Positions 1-13,300 of a stretch of DNA of 43,931 nt are shown here, piece after piece. Location: IMG/VR virus record IMGVR_UViG_3300011335_000766, positions 1 through 43,931 of that record. One strand, 5' to 3'. Origin of the DNA: a virus (lineage: Duplodnaviria > Caudoviricetes). The notes under the pieces are model-generated. The model searched no databases. It was not told the origin of the DNA and saw nothing but the letters and a program-made list of their open reading frames with translations. A program made the translations under genes and the position numbers. The first letter of the stretch is position 1, and the number at the start of each line of letters is the position of its first letter.

Positions 1-462
1 GGTGCTGGCAGTTTGTTATCTGGCGGTGCTGGATCTGCATTGACCGGATTACTAACCGGAGGCTCAGGATCCGCATTAGCTGGATCATTACTATCTGGTG
101 GGTCGGTCAATGCCGGGTCATTGAGTGCATTGGCTGCTAATTACTTTGCACCAGGATCGGGCGCATTAGTAAGCAGTTTGTTGTCTGGAGGAAGTGGATC
201 AGAGTTAGCAAGTTCACTGCTTTCCTCATCTGGGTTAACCAGCGCAATGACTAATTTTGCGTCATCTGCACAATTTGCCAGTGTGTTTTCGGGTGCAAAT
301 TCTTTCTTAGGTGGCGGCGGCAACCCATTGGAAGCAGGCATTGTGGCTGCAAAAGGGTTTAACAATACAATAAATCGAGCCAATCTCAATCAAGCAGTGA
401 CAGCATTGATTGGTAATCCTAAAATAACTGTTCCAGATTTTGCTCCCCAAGGTACCGGATAA
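1..462 (+). CDS. C-terminal part of a Gly/Ser/Ala/Leu-rich protein, probably virion/baseplate-associated (5' truncated by window)
   Basis: The frame is open from base 1 to TAA at 460-462. It has degenerate GSGSALxGSLLSG repeats and lies directly upstream of the gp25-like gene. The function is inferred from context only. Confidence 0.6.
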   Translation, partial: GAGSLLSGGAGSALTGLLTGGSGSALAGSLLSGGSVNAGSLSALAANYFAPGSGALVSSLLSGGSGSELASSLLSSSGLTSAMTNFASSAQFASVFSGANSFLGGGGNPLEAGIVAAKGFNNTINRANLNQAVTALIGNPKITVPDFAPQGTG

Positions 463-465
463 ATA
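458..465 (+). promoter_or_regulatory. T4-type late promoter-like motif (GATAAATA)
   Basis: TAAATA at 460-465, 5 nt before the ATG at 471. The same core recurs before other structural genes; the T4 late consensus is TATAAATA. Confidence 0.6.
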
Positions 466-470
466 TCCGT

Positions 471-845
471 ATGCCTACATTCATCGGATTCAATACACAA
501 AATCAATTTAAAAAATTCACCTTGGTTGATGGTGAATTGATCAAACGCGATCTACTCAATGCGTTTAATATCACACAAGGGCAGTTGCCCGGCCGTCCCG
601 CTTACGGTACTACTTTGTGGGATTTCTTATTTGAAAGCCAAGATCAAACCACCATGTCTGCTATTCTACGCGAAGTGCAGCGTGTGGCCGGCGGAGACCC
701 TAGAGTTTATCTCACTGATGTCAATGTATATCCACAGGAAAACGGTGTATTGATCGAGCTGGAAGTACAGTTTGTTCCTAACACAGATGCCCAATTGCTG
801 AGCGTATTTTTTAATCAGCAACAACGAAGAGCCACTTTTGTATAA
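471..845 (+). CDS. Baseplate wedge subunit, gp25/GPW-like
   Basis: 124 aa with LIKRDLLNAFNITQGQLPGRPAYGTTLWDFLFE...DPRV, matching the gp25 pattern (GERxxxPxFG...LFE...EPR). It sits immediately upstream of a gp6-like gene. Confidence 0.85.
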   Translation: MPTFIGFNTQNQFKKFTLVDGELIKRDLLNAFNITQGQLPGRPAYGTTLWDFLFESQDQTTMSAILREVQRVAGGDPRVYLTDVNVYPQENGVLIELEVQFVPNTDAQLLSVFFNQQQRRATFV

Positions 846-865
846 AAGCAGCCGTTTATTTCTTC

Positions 866-873
866 GGTAAATA
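866..873 (+). promoter_or_regulatory. T4-type late promoter-like motif (GGTAAATA)
   Basis: TAAATA at 868-873 in the 46-bp gap before the ATG at 892. Confidence 0.6.
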
Positions 874-891
874 ACACAATAACATATTATC

Positions 892-3800
892 ATGGCACGC
901 ACTACTAGACAAACAGTTGTATTCGGAGTTGAAGATTGGAAGCGCATCTATCAGACTTATAGAGAAGCGGACTTCCAAAGCTACGACTTTGAAGCATTAC
1001 GCAAGAGCTTCGTAGACTATCTACGACAATATTACCCTGAATCATTCAACGATTACATTGAATCATCTGAATTCATAGCCATGCTGGATGTGATTGCATT
1101 CATGGGTCAGGCCATGGCCTTCCGCAATGACTTGAACACTCGTGAAAACTACATTGACACCGCAGAACGCCGTGACAGTGTGGTTCGTCTAGCTAATCTA
1201 GTTGCATATACACCAAAACGAAACACAGAAGCACAAGGCTATCTCAAAGTATTTTCTGTTCAGACTACAGAAAATGTCACAGATTTCAACGGAATAGATC
1301 TTGCCAACATCACAGTAAACTGGAATGATCCAACAAACTTCAACTGGGCTGAACAATTCACAGCTATTATCAATGCTGCATTGGTAGACACGCAAAGAGT
1401 GGGTCGTCCAGGAAATCGCCAAACTATCGTAGGGGTGGACACTTCAGAATACAGTATCAACTTGGTTCCTGGATTCTTACCTGTCTTACCTTATACTGCC
1501 ACAGTGGACGGTGTAAACATGCCATTTGAAGCAGTGAATTCTACTTCTGTGGGCCGCGATTATATCTACGAACCTGCTCCACAACCCAATGGTATCTTTA
1601 ATCTGTTGTTCCGCAATGATCAACTGGGATTTGCTGCTGCTAACACAGGATACTTCTTCTACTTCAAGCAAGGTGTGTTGCAAAATCAAGACTTCAATTT
1701 AGCTGAACGAATTCCTAACCGTACAGTGAACATCAACATCGAAGGTATCAACAATCAAGATCGTTGGTTGTTCCAGTTGGACAACACCGGCACAGTGACC
1801 AGTGAGTGGCAATATGTTGAATCAGTGTATGCTGCGGCTGTGGAACAATTGGCTCCAGACCAAAGAAAACTATTCTCTGTAACCAGTAGAGCCAATGACC
1901 AGATCACTTTGACATTTGGTGATGGGGTATTCTCAGCCATACCTGTGGGACTATTCCGTTCTTATGTTCGCGCATCAAACGGATTGCAGTATATCATCAA
2001 TCCCGAAGAGATGCAAAGTGTGGTGTTGCCTATCAGTTATGTGAGTCGTTCAGGTCAATTACAGACCATCACATTTACCTGTGGAATCACCACTCCTGTG
2101 AGCAATGCTCAAGCTAGAGAAACCTTGGATGAGATCAAGCAACGAGCGCCTGCTAGATACTATACACAGAATCGCATGGTCAATGGGGAAGATTACAACA
2201 ACTTTCCATTCACCTTGTACAACAGCATCATCAAGAGCAAGGCTTTAAATCGTGCCAGCATCGGTACCAGCCGATATCTTGATCTAGTGGACAACACTGG
2301 AAAATACAGTAGTACAAATAGTTTTGCCAGCGACGGTGCTATCTGGCAAGAAAATCAACTGCCTACATTTTTATTCACCTGGCTCACAAGAAACGAAGTA
2401 GCCAGTGTGATTACTAACCAGATACAGCCGCTGTTGACCACCAATGCATTCATACAGTTCTATTACGCTAATTTTGTTAGGCCTAATTTATTGGTCAATG
2501 ATCTTACATGGAATCAAAGTACCACTCTGGCCAATGAAACATCGGGCTACTTTGTGAATGCGCTGGGATTCCCTGCTGCGGTTGGCACTTATTCTAGCAC
2601 CAATACTCAATACATACAAGTAAGCAGCTTGATAAAGTTTGCTGCGCCTGCTGGATACTATTTTGACGCCAACAATAGACTCCGATTAGGAATACCCACA
2701 CAGGCCTCTGAACGACTGAGTCTTTGGGCCAGCCCGGTTAGTATCTATCTAGATGGAACCAACAATGGACAAGGAAATTTTACCAGTGGTAGGCTCAGCG
2801 GTCAAGGTCCTGTGGTATTAAATAATTTCATCCCCACAGGTGCTATTCCTGTGCAAGTGATTCCTTTGTTGATAACAGATATTCCCAGCAGCCTAGAATC
2901 AGCCATTGCTGATCAAGTATTACTGTATAGGAATTTTGGATTGGGATATGATAATCTCACACAATCTTGGTACTTGATCACATCAAACAATCTTGATGTG
3001 AATGCAGATTTTAGCCTTGCTAATGCACAAAGCACTACAGGTACTAATCAAGATGCGTCATGGATGATACAGGCCGTCACTGATGGTGTGAAATACACAG
3101 TGACTAGCCGTGCGTTGGTTTACAATTTTGGATCAGTGCTACAAACTAGATTCTTCTTTGAAACCGGAAATCGTATCTACGATCCAAGGACCGGTAAAAC
3201 CATCAGCGACTATATAAATGTGTTGAGAACCAATAGCTTGCCAGATTCGAACAGCCCATTGCCTGGCGATATCTATCTCAAGATCATTGGCCAACCTGTG
3301 CAATCAGATGGCTATGTGGATGATTATCAAGTCGTTGTCAGCTATCAAGACAGTGACAGTGATGGCATTGCTGATGACCCAGACTTCTTCAATGAGATTG
3401 TGGCACCTGATGTAAACTCCACTACCAAGTATGTGTTCTTTGAAAAGACTGTGGATTTTGATAATCTGCAACGCTACCTCTTGGTTGAGCCGGTCCGAGT
3501 AAACAGTGATTACGCCACACAAAATGACATTGAATTGGTCAAGACTGAATATATCATTGGACAGATCTTCTATGCTTACAGTCAAGAAATATACACAGGA
3601 CCACTCACAGGGCAAATTGGTGCATTCTACGAACTGGTGCTCAGTGGCACCGGTGTGAGAACTCTAGTAGATGTCACTGCTGACTGGTTAGCAAGAGTTG
3701 GTCGGCCTAGTATATACTTCCAATATAGACACAATGCACCTCTCACAGATCGCATAGATCCTGGAACTACCAACATTATCGACTTGTATGTGGTCACACA

Positions 3801-4344
3801 GAGTTACTACACAGCGTATCAGAATTGGGTCAGAGATAACACAGGCACCGTGGCTGAACCTGCGGTGCCTACCATCAATGAACTCAGCACTGCTTATCAA
3901 GGTCTTAATGATTACAAGATGATCTCAGACAATGTGGTTGTTAATTCTGTAACATTCAAACCATTGTTTGGCCCTAAAGCAGCACAAGAACTGCGTGCCA
4001 CGATCAAAGTGATCCGTGCTGCCAACTCAACTGCTAGCGAAAGTGAAATTAAAACTCTAGTAGTAGCAAATCTCAACGAATACTTCACAATTGATAAATG
4101 GGATTTTGGTGATACCTTTTACTTCTCTGAGCTGGCAGCTTACATCCATCGTAACATGGGCGGCATAGTGAGTTCGGTAGTATTAGTACCATTGGATCCA
4201 TTGAAATACTTTGGTGACTTGTATGAGATCCGTTCAGCACCCAACGAAATCTTTGTCAATGCAGCCGGTGTGAGTTCCGTAGAAGTGATCACAGCATTGA
4301 CCTCAACTAATATCAGAACTGCACCAGGCAGCGGAGTTATCTAA
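892..4344 (+). CDS. Baseplate wedge protein, T4 gp6-like (extended, 1150 aa)
   Basis: N-terminal [14 protein letters not shown]...[19 protein letters not shown]...[27 protein letters not shown], internal LTFGDG and [26 protein letters not shown] are gp6/baseplate-J hallmarks. Confidence 0.88.
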   Translation: MARTTRQTVVFGVEDWKRIYQTYREADFQSYDFEALRKSFVDYLRQYYPESFNDYIESSEFIAMLDVIAFMGQAMAFRNDLNTRENYIDTAERRDSVVRLANLVAYTPKRNTEAQGYLKVFSVQTTENVTDFNGIDLANITVNWNDPTNFNWAEQFTAIINAALVDTQRVGRPGNRQTIVGVDTSEYSINLVPGFLPVLPYTATVDGVNMPFEAVNSTSVGRDYIYEPAPQPNGIFNLLFRNDQLGFAAANTGYFFYFKQGVLQNQDFNLAERIPNRTVNINIEGINNQDRWLFQLDNTGTVTSEWQYVESVYAAAVEQLAPDQRKLFSVTSRANDQITLTFGDGVFSAIPVGLFRSYVRASNGLQYIINPEEMQSVVLPISYVSRSGQLQTITFTCGITTPVSNAQARETLDEIKQRAPARYYTQNRMVNGEDYNNFPFTLYNSIIKSKALNRASIGTSRYLDLVDNTGKYSSTNSFASDGAIWQENQLPTFLFTWLTRNEVASVITNQIQPLLTTNAFIQFYYANFVRPNLLVNDLTWNQSTTLANETSGYFVNALGFPAAVGTYSSTNTQYIQVSSLIKFAAPAGYYFDANNRLRLGIPTQASERLSLWASPVSIYLDGTNNGQGNFTSGRLSGQGPVVLNNFIPTGAIPVQVIPLLITDIPSSLESAIADQVLLYRNFGLGYDNLTQSWYLITSNNLDVNADFSLANAQSTTGTNQDASWMIQAVTDGVKYTVTSRALVYNFGSVLQTRFFFETGNRIYDPRTGKTISDYINVLRTNSLPDSNSPLPGDIYLKIIGQPVQSDGYVDDYQVVVSYQDSDSDGIADDPDFFNEIVAPDVNSTTKYVFFEKTVDFDNLQRYLLVEPVRVNSDYATQNDIELVKTEYIIGQIFYAYSQEIYTGPLTGQIGAFYELVLSGTGVRTLVDVTADWLARVGRPSIYFQYRHNAPLTDRIDPGTTNIIDLYVVTQSYYTAYQNWVRDNTGTVAEPAVPTINELSTAYQGLNDYKMISDNVVVNSVTFKPLFGPKAAQELRATIKVIRAANSTASESEIKTLVVANLNEYFTIDKWDFGDTFYFSELAAYIHRNMGGIVSSVVLVPLDPLKYFGDLYEIRSAPNEIFVNAAGVSSVEVITALTSTNIRTAPGSGVI

Positions 4345-7300
4345 TGGCTAGAACCAGAACAGTAGATTTTCTACCACCAATCTTTCAAACTACTACCAAC
4401 AAGCAGTTCCTGGCGGCCACACTGGATCAATTAGTCCAGGAACCCCAGTTTAAGAAAACACAAGGATTTGTAGGACGCCATGTGGGCCCGGGTGTGAATC
4501 CCAACGATTACTATGTGGTTGAGCCCACAGCTAGTCGCGCTAATTATCAGCTGGAGCCAGGGGTGATCAGCTTGGTACCCGACACCAATGATATTTCAGA
4601 TGCTGTCACATATCCTGGTATCACAGATGCGATCGCACGCCAAGGTGGATTTACCAATGATGCTGCAAGACTGTACACCAGTGAATACTACAGCTGGGAT
4701 CCTTTTATAAATTTTGACAAGTTTTCTAACTACAGTCAATACTACTGGTTGCCTGCAGGGCCATTGGCCGTGGATGTCAGCGCCACAGTTGTTCCCACCA
4801 CTGACACATTTGATGTAACTAGGGCAGACAACTATTATGAGTTCTCAGGAGTGGCTGGGGAAAATCCCACAATCACCTTGGTTCGCGGCGGCAACTACGA
4901 GTTTGTAGTCAATCAGACACCCAATCAATTCTGGATTCAAGCCGAGCCCGGAGTCAATGGCGTATTACCTTATGCTCCTAATATCAGTTCAAGAACTGTG
5001 CTAGGTGTTACGAACAACGGTGAAGACTCAGGTAAAATAACCTTTGATGTTCCATACAAAAATGCACAGCAATTCTATTACGACTTAGATCTTATACCTA
5101 GTATCCCTACACCAGGGCAGGTAGATCTACTCACAACTACATTGCAATTTGACCAAGTCAATAATGTGTTCTTGAGTACATTCTTGGAACAATATCCCGA
5201 CGGCATTGATGGTATCACTAACCTGCAGAATCGTACTATAGTTTTTACCAACACTATAGCCGACCCAGAGGATGGCGGCTGGTTGATTACTACACAGTTT
5301 GACCCACTGGTACAAGCTACTAGCAACAACGGATTGCCTGGCAGTTTTGATTATCTCACATACGATCAGACCACACCTATCTTGGATGTTAACACCAGAT
5401 ACAGTGTGTGGCTAATACAATATCAATATACCACCGGTGGCGAGCCAATTCTCAAGTTGTCATCTGTTACTCCTTGTGCGGAGTTTACTAAGTTTACTGT
5501 GCTGTTTGGCGCTGAATGGTCAACCACACAATGGTATCGCAATGCCGAAGGTTATTTTGAACAGATTCCTTTGTTGACCGCAGTGAAAGATCTGTTGTGG
5601 TATCAAGATGGTACCAACCCAGAAATCTTTGGACAGATCAGAATAGTTGATCCCACACAGGCACAGACTATCAATGTAGATACAGACATACTAGGTAAGA
5701 AAAATTATTTGTCTCCCAACGGTGTGGCGTTTACCAATAACTTGCAGATCACATTCCGTGGTAGTGTGGTTCCTACCAGTTATCAGAATCAAACTTATTA
5801 TGTGGCTGGAGTAGGAACTGCGATACAATTATTACCAGTTGGTAATTATGTCACACCTGAACCTTACACCGAGAGTTCTACCATACCATTTGACTCCTTG
5901 CCATTTGATGTAGGAAACTTTGATGGCAGTTTGAATCAACCTTTGCAGTTAGATTACATCACCATGGCCCTGGATAGCCCAGACCTTAATGCATGGACTC
6001 GCTCAAATCGTTGGTTCCATATTGATGTGATAACAGCAAGTGCTGTTTACAACAATACCACGGCTGTGTTGGACAATGCACAACGGGCCAAACGCCCTAT
6101 TGTTGAATTCCGCGGCGGTACTAGATTGTACAACATGGGCACCGAGGCCAAGCAGCCCGTGAATATCATTGATCTAAAAGAAACTGATGCATTGTCAAAC
6201 ATCAATGGACAGATTGGCTATGCAGTGGATGGATATATTTTCCAACAAGGCACTAGAGTTATTTTTGCAAAAGATCTCGACGACCAGGTGCGTAACAAAA
6301 TATATGTGGTCAACTTTATCAATCCAGCTACAGGACCATTACCTGACAGTACATTGGTGGCTGAACCTGTGATTGATCTGGTACCCGCCGATGATGCAGT
6401 GGCCTTGATTGATCAATGTGTGGTATGTTTGAGTGGGGTTACATTGCAAGGTACCACTTTTAGATATGATGGTGTGGCCTGGACCCAGGCACAGCAAAAG
6501 ACCACTATAAATCAAACACCTATGTTTGATGTGTACGATCAAAATGGATACAGCTTGGGTAATCTTGCTGTGTATCCTAGCTCCACATTCTCAACAACCA
6601 AGAACAACCTTGGAGATATTGTTGGTGGCAATGCATTATTCAGTTATGCTCTTGGTACCAGTGGAATAGCAGATACTGTGTTAGGATTTCCATTAAGATA
6701 TCTCAGCTTGAACAATGTAGGGGATATCGTATTTGACAATAACCTGTATTCAGATACATTTATCTATGTCAAAGACAATGTCAGCACAACCGAAAATGTC
6801 AGCATTGGATATGTAAAGCAATACGCCAATAGAACTGTTTACCAGAAAGAAATTGGCTGGCAAACAGCCGAAGTCAAGAGTCTGATCTATCAACAATTCA
6901 GCTTCACTTATGAGTTGAATACTCCATTGGTATTAGATGTGGCAGTGATAGTGCCCACTGGCATCATACCTAGTGTCAAGGTGTTTGTGGGCAGCGTTTT
7001 TCAAGATCCGGGTACCTATTCATACACTACTACCAGTAACACCACCAGTATAACATTTGGTCCAACTGCGGTCATAGTGCCCGGCGATGTGATTGAAGTG
7101 TTGGCTCTCAGCGATCAGGTCAGTGCTGTGGGATTCTATCAGGTACCTATCAACTTGGAAAACAATCCATTGAATAGCAACAGTTCTAGTTTTACTCTAG
7201 GAACTATCCGTACTCATTATGACAGCATCGCACAAAATCTTGTAAATCTAACTGGCAAGATCAACGGTGCTAATAACTCAAGAGACTTGGGCAACATTGT

Positions 7301-10300
7301 TCCTTATGGTTTGATCATTCTGCAACAAAGCTCACCAATGACCTTGGCAGGGTATTTCCTCCGTAAACCAGATTATGATATATTTGCATCATTGGAATAC
7401 AATTCAAGACTGTATGAAAAATTCAAAGCACAATTCTTGAATCAGGCAGTTTCTGGTGATTATGTGAACCTGACCATCCCTGAGATACTTGATGCAGTAT
7501 TTTCTGAGCTCAACACAGGCCGTACAAGTTCTAATCCATTTTATTGGAGTGACATGTTGCCTACAGGCACGGTGTATACACAACTACAGACCACAGTGAC
7601 TCCGATCACAGGGCAGGTATTTGATCTCACCCAGGTATACAATTACACATCGGCCAATTATCAAGGTCTATTGGTTTATGTGAATGATAGATTATTGACT
7701 AGAAACATTGAGTATGTGGTTAGCATTGATGCTCCTATCTTCACTATCATACCCACACTAGCCGTGGGTGATGTTGTGACCATACAAGAATATGACGCAA
7801 CTTATGGCAGTTATGTACCAAATACTCCTACCAAGTTAGGATTGTATCCTGCGTATGTTCCTGAAATTTTCTTAGATGAAACTTATGTCGATCCGGTATT
7901 CGTGATCCGAGGTCATGATGGTAGTATCACTAGAACATTTGGAGACTTCCGGGATCAACTGCTGTTAGAATACGAAATCAGGGTCTATAACAATTTAAAA
8001 CTGGATGGTAATCCTATACCACTCACAGCAGACGAAGTGATTCCCGGCGAGTTCCGTACCACAGACTACACCCAGACAGAGATCCAGGATATCCTGAATC
8101 AAGATTTCTTGACCTGGGTAGGTTGGAACAAACTGGATTACAAGACACAAGAGTATCTGCCAACCAATCAATTCACCTGGAACTACTCAACAGCTTCAAA
8201 CAAACTCACTGCTAACGAACCATTAGTGATTGGTGCTTGGCGCGGTCTTTACAATTATTTCTACGATACAATCTATCCTAATACTAGACCTTGGGAAATG
8301 TTGGGATTCAGTGAACGCCCAATTTGGTGGGAAAATCAATACGGTCCTGCTCCGTACACATCTGGTAACTTGGTATTGTGGGGAGACCTTGCTGCTGGAT
8401 TGGTAAGAGATCCTGTGGCACCCTATGTGCGTCCTGAATATGTTCGTCCAGGTCTACTGGATGTGATACCTGCGGGTAGCGAAGGTGCATTGTTGAGTCC
8501 GATGGAAGTCCTAGTAGGAAACTTCAACAGCAACAACTTCCGTCGTAGTTGGGTAGCCGGTGATGATGGCCCGGTAGAAAATGCATGGCGCACATCTAGT
8601 TCTTATCCCTTTGCGATCATGAGATTGCTGGCGTTGACTCGCCCTGCTGAATTCTTCTCATTGTTTGCTGACAGAGACTTGTACAAATTTGACACCGATT
8701 ACAATCAATACTTGTATAATGGTCGTTACAGATTAGATGCCAACGGCATAGAAGTATATGGCAACGGTACAAGCAAAGCCAGTTATATCGACTGGATTGT
8801 AGACTTTAACCGTCAGAGTGGTATTAACTCCACCACAGCACTCACAGCAGATCTTAAAAATCTTGATGTAAGATTGTGCTACAGGATGGCTAGTTTCTCA
8901 GGAAAGAATCTCTTAGGCATCTACACAGAAAAGTCCAGTCCTAATAGTTTGAATTCTAGTCTATTGTTACCCGATGACAGTTACAATTTGTTGTTCTACA
9001 AGAATGTGCCGTTTGCTCAACTCACATACTCCAGTGTGATCATACAAAGTACCAGCACTGGCTGGGCGGTGTATGGTTACAATATGAGCCAACCATACTT
9101 TAACATCTTGCAGAGTCAAGTAAATGGTAATCTAGCCACAGTTTCTGCAGGCGGAAGTTCAGTACGAGTTCCAATTAGTTACACTAACAATGTGGTACAG
9201 ATTCCTTATGGTTATGTGTTTACCAATCAGACTTTGGTAGCAGATTTCTTGTTAAGTTATGGTGCATTACTACAGAGTCAAGGCTTGGTATTTAAAACAT
9301 TGGAAAATGGTTATGTTCTTGATTGGAACCAAATGGTCAGCGAGTTCTTGTATTGGAGCAATCAAGGTTGGGATACCGGTGCTATTATCAATCTCAACCC
9401 CGGTGCCTCTGAACTGATTGTTGAACGAGCAGGTGCTATCGTGGATAGCATTGCTGTGCAGACCGTGGAAAACATGGTGCTCAACGCAGACCGTACTCCA
9501 TTCAATGCTAGAGATCTTGTGATTGAACGACTTGATAACACATTTACTATCAGAAGTCTAACCCCTGAAACTATCAACTTCCTTAACATCAAGTTTACCA
9601 ATTACGAGAACATGATTGTGTTAGACAACACCAGTATATTTGCTGACCTGTTGTACGACCCTGTCACGGGTGCAAGACAAAGCCGTGTGAGATTAGTGGG
9701 ATGGACTACCACTGAGTGGAATGGACAATTAGACGCACAAGGCTTTATCTTAAATCAAGACAACATCAAGCCATGGGATCCACTGAAGAAATATGCTCGT
9801 GGCGAGATTGTAAAATGGAAAAACACCTACTACAGTGCCACTGATATTGTGCAGCCATCTGCTGAATTTGACATCAACAATTGGACAATATCTGATTATA
9901 CTTTGGTTCAACAAGGGTTATTACCTAACTTGGCCAACAAGAGTGATCAATTGGCCAACACCTACAACATCTACACAGCTAATCTTGAACTAAATCAAGA
10001 CCTGTTTGGGTATGCGTTGATCGGATGGAAACCTCGACAATACATGGTGAACTTGAATCTGGATTCAACCAGCCAGGTCAGTTTGTATCAACAGTTCTTG
10101 GGCAGCAAAGGTACATTGCGTGCCGCTGAGATATTCTCATTTGCCGACCTGGGCCGTGGTCTCACACAATATGACATCTATGAAAATTGGGCTGTGCTCC
10201 GTGGCACATATGGTGCCAATGCAAATCGTAGTTTCTATGAATTGCAACTCAATGAGGCACTGCTGACATCTAACCCTGGCACGATACAAGTTGTGATTCC

Positions 10301-13300
10301 AGGAGAATCTAGTCTGGCCGACCAACCAGTATTGTTGAGTAATCTATGGAAATCTAGTTACAAGATTACCAGCCCCGACATCCTAACTACAACTACGATT
10401 CCTATAACGGATACAGCATTGCCCAGCGCGGGATATGTGAATTTTGATGATGTGGATGTCACAGTATTTGATATCACCGACACTGCATCATTGAATGCTG
10501 CTATTGATTACATTGGTGTAGGTACAACAATCTGGGTAGCCAAGATCAACAACTATGATTGGGGAATTTACAGAACCGGGCAATTGCCAGGTTACTTGAT
10601 TTCGGTTACCACAAATCTTGATGGTACCAGCGTGTTTACTTTCACACAATCACATGGTATCACAGCCGGGACATTGTTTATCGTGAGATTCTTCTCAGAT
10701 GAAGTCAATGGTGTGTATGAGGTATTGAATGTACCAAATCCTAATCAATTGGTAGCTAACTTTAGTTTCACCAACGCCAACCAGATCACTGCATCGGGTG
10801 TTGGAATTGGATTTGTGTTACAAACACAACGGGTAAGCCAAGCCAGTGATGTGATCAATTTACCGTATGCCAACAGTTTGATTCCGGGCAACAAGGTATG
10901 GGTGGACAACAACGGATTGGATCTCTGGCAGGTGTTAGAAAAACAGGATGTGTTCACATCAGCAGCAGAAATCAAAGCAACCGCACCAGTGTCTAATAGC
11001 CAATTTGGCCAGAGCGTAGTACAGAGTAAAAACAATTTATATGTTATAGTCGGCAGTCCAGGATATGATTCAGATGTAGGTGCAGTTTATACTTTCATCC
11101 GCACTTCGATCAACCCATTTGTAGAAAATTCTATTCTTCAGCTAGGCAATGCAGTGGATACTGTTGGATTTGGACATGCGATCAGTGTGGGCAACGAGAC
11201 ATGGCAAGTAGTGGGTGCGCCTGCCAGTTATAACAGCCGAGGTTATGCCAGTGTAATATATCGTACTCCGGGCACAGCCAGCTTTATCAATTCGGCTATA
11301 CTCACAGTACCTGATCCTAGAGATTTAAAATATCCAGCAGAGTTTGGCTACAGCGTGGCTGTAAGTCGTGACGAACGATGGATGTACATCGGTGCTCCAG
11401 GTGTCAACAAGGTATTTGCTTACGGATTGGTCGAAGTTCAATCACAGAGCGTAAAATATACCACCGACGGTACAACAAGTATCTTCAACTACAGTGACAG
11501 CATCGTTATTGATTTCCAAGAGCCTGAACAAATCACCGTGGTCCTAAATAATCAATTGCTGACCTATGGCGTTGATTACACACAGACCAGCACCAGCATT
11601 GTGTTTGCCACAGCACCTGTGAGTGATCTGGTATTACAAATCATCCGTAGAACCACCGCATCTTATGTTGGCGATGGCACAACTAGAACATTCTCTTTAA
11701 ACGAAAAATTGTATAGTGCTGTTAACATCTACAGTTTTAAAGTAGTGTTAGATGGTGTGTTGCAAAGACCAAATATTGATTACACATTCGATGCTGATAA
11801 CAGTAGTGTAGGTAGAGATCTGATATTTGTCACAGCACCTGTGCTGAACGCAGCTATTATAGTGACCACAAACAGTTATTACACCTTTGTTGACACTTTA
11901 GAATTTACTACAACATGCACCGCATCAATATCTGGTAGCACCATGACTGTGTCGTCAGTACCAGTTGGTGCACCACCACTGACCAAGGGCATGATCCTGA
12001 GTGGAACTGGGGTTGCCAAAGGTACCAGAATCACAGCATTGATTTCGGGAACCGGTGGCACTGGCACATATCAAGTGACTCCTGGGCAAACTATATCAGC
12101 CAACATCACTGCTAGACTGCCTGATGGTGCTAGATTTGGTGAAAATATAGCCTGTACCACAGATGGCCGTCAGGTTATGATTGGTACACCCAATGACTAC
12201 TATGATGGTACTGAAAATGCCGGTGCTGTATATGTTTACGATCGTTCAGTACAGAACTTTGTCATAACTGATCCTGCACAAACTTCTTACACAGTAGATG
12301 GAAATCTATTGGTAGCACCCACATCAGTGATTTTGAACAACACCTTCTTGACCAACACAGATGGCAATATAACTGGAAGTTTCTCTGTAAGCGGACCCAC
12401 AGTCACAGTTACATCAACTTTGGCAGTAGGTGACATATTACAGATACAAGCCAACACATTTAATCTATTGCAGATCATTGGCGCCAATGTTCCAAACTCA
12501 GGATCAAACTTTGGTGCAGCGGTTGACATCTGTAGATACAGTTGCAGCTTATACACAGGAGCTCCACAGGAAAGTTCTGTGTTAGACAGTGCTGGATCAG
12601 TACAACGCAATGTAAATCAAAGCAGAGTATATGGTACTATCACTAGCACCAATGCCAACACCTTGCTGGTACCCGGGCAAACTCTCAGGATCAATGATCA
12701 AGAAATTGCTGTAAGCGCACCCGACTATTGGAGCAATTCTAGTACCTACGCAAAAGGCGATATTGTTGAATATGCACAGGCTTTGTACATAGCTACACGA
12801 ACTGTACCTGCAGGTACAGCACTCACCGACACCACATATTGGCAACTCAGCAGCTGGACTGCTGTACTGGCCCAAGACATCAATGCGTCGGGCATTGCTA
12901 ATGTAGTGGCTACAGTGGGTGCATCGGGCACCAGTAACTACAGTTTATTGACCATCAGTGTTAAGAATCTCCTAGCCTCTGAAGAAGGTAACAGACTCAC
13001 TGTATTGCCCGGATTGATCGGAACCGTGTTCCAAAGTCTTGGATTTGATACATTTGTGTATACCCAGACCATTACCAGCCCGGCTCCTGTGATAAATGCT
13101 GGATTTGGAACTGCTATAAACATTGATACTTCAGCATTGACTCTTACTGTTGGTGCACCAGGCGGTAACCTATATCGGCCAAACACATTTGATAGCGGCA
13201 CGACATACTTTGATAGCCGCACCACTACTTTCAATGGGCCATTGTATCAAAGCGGTGTGGTATACACATATGATTATCTACGCAGCGTTGGTGATTCAGC

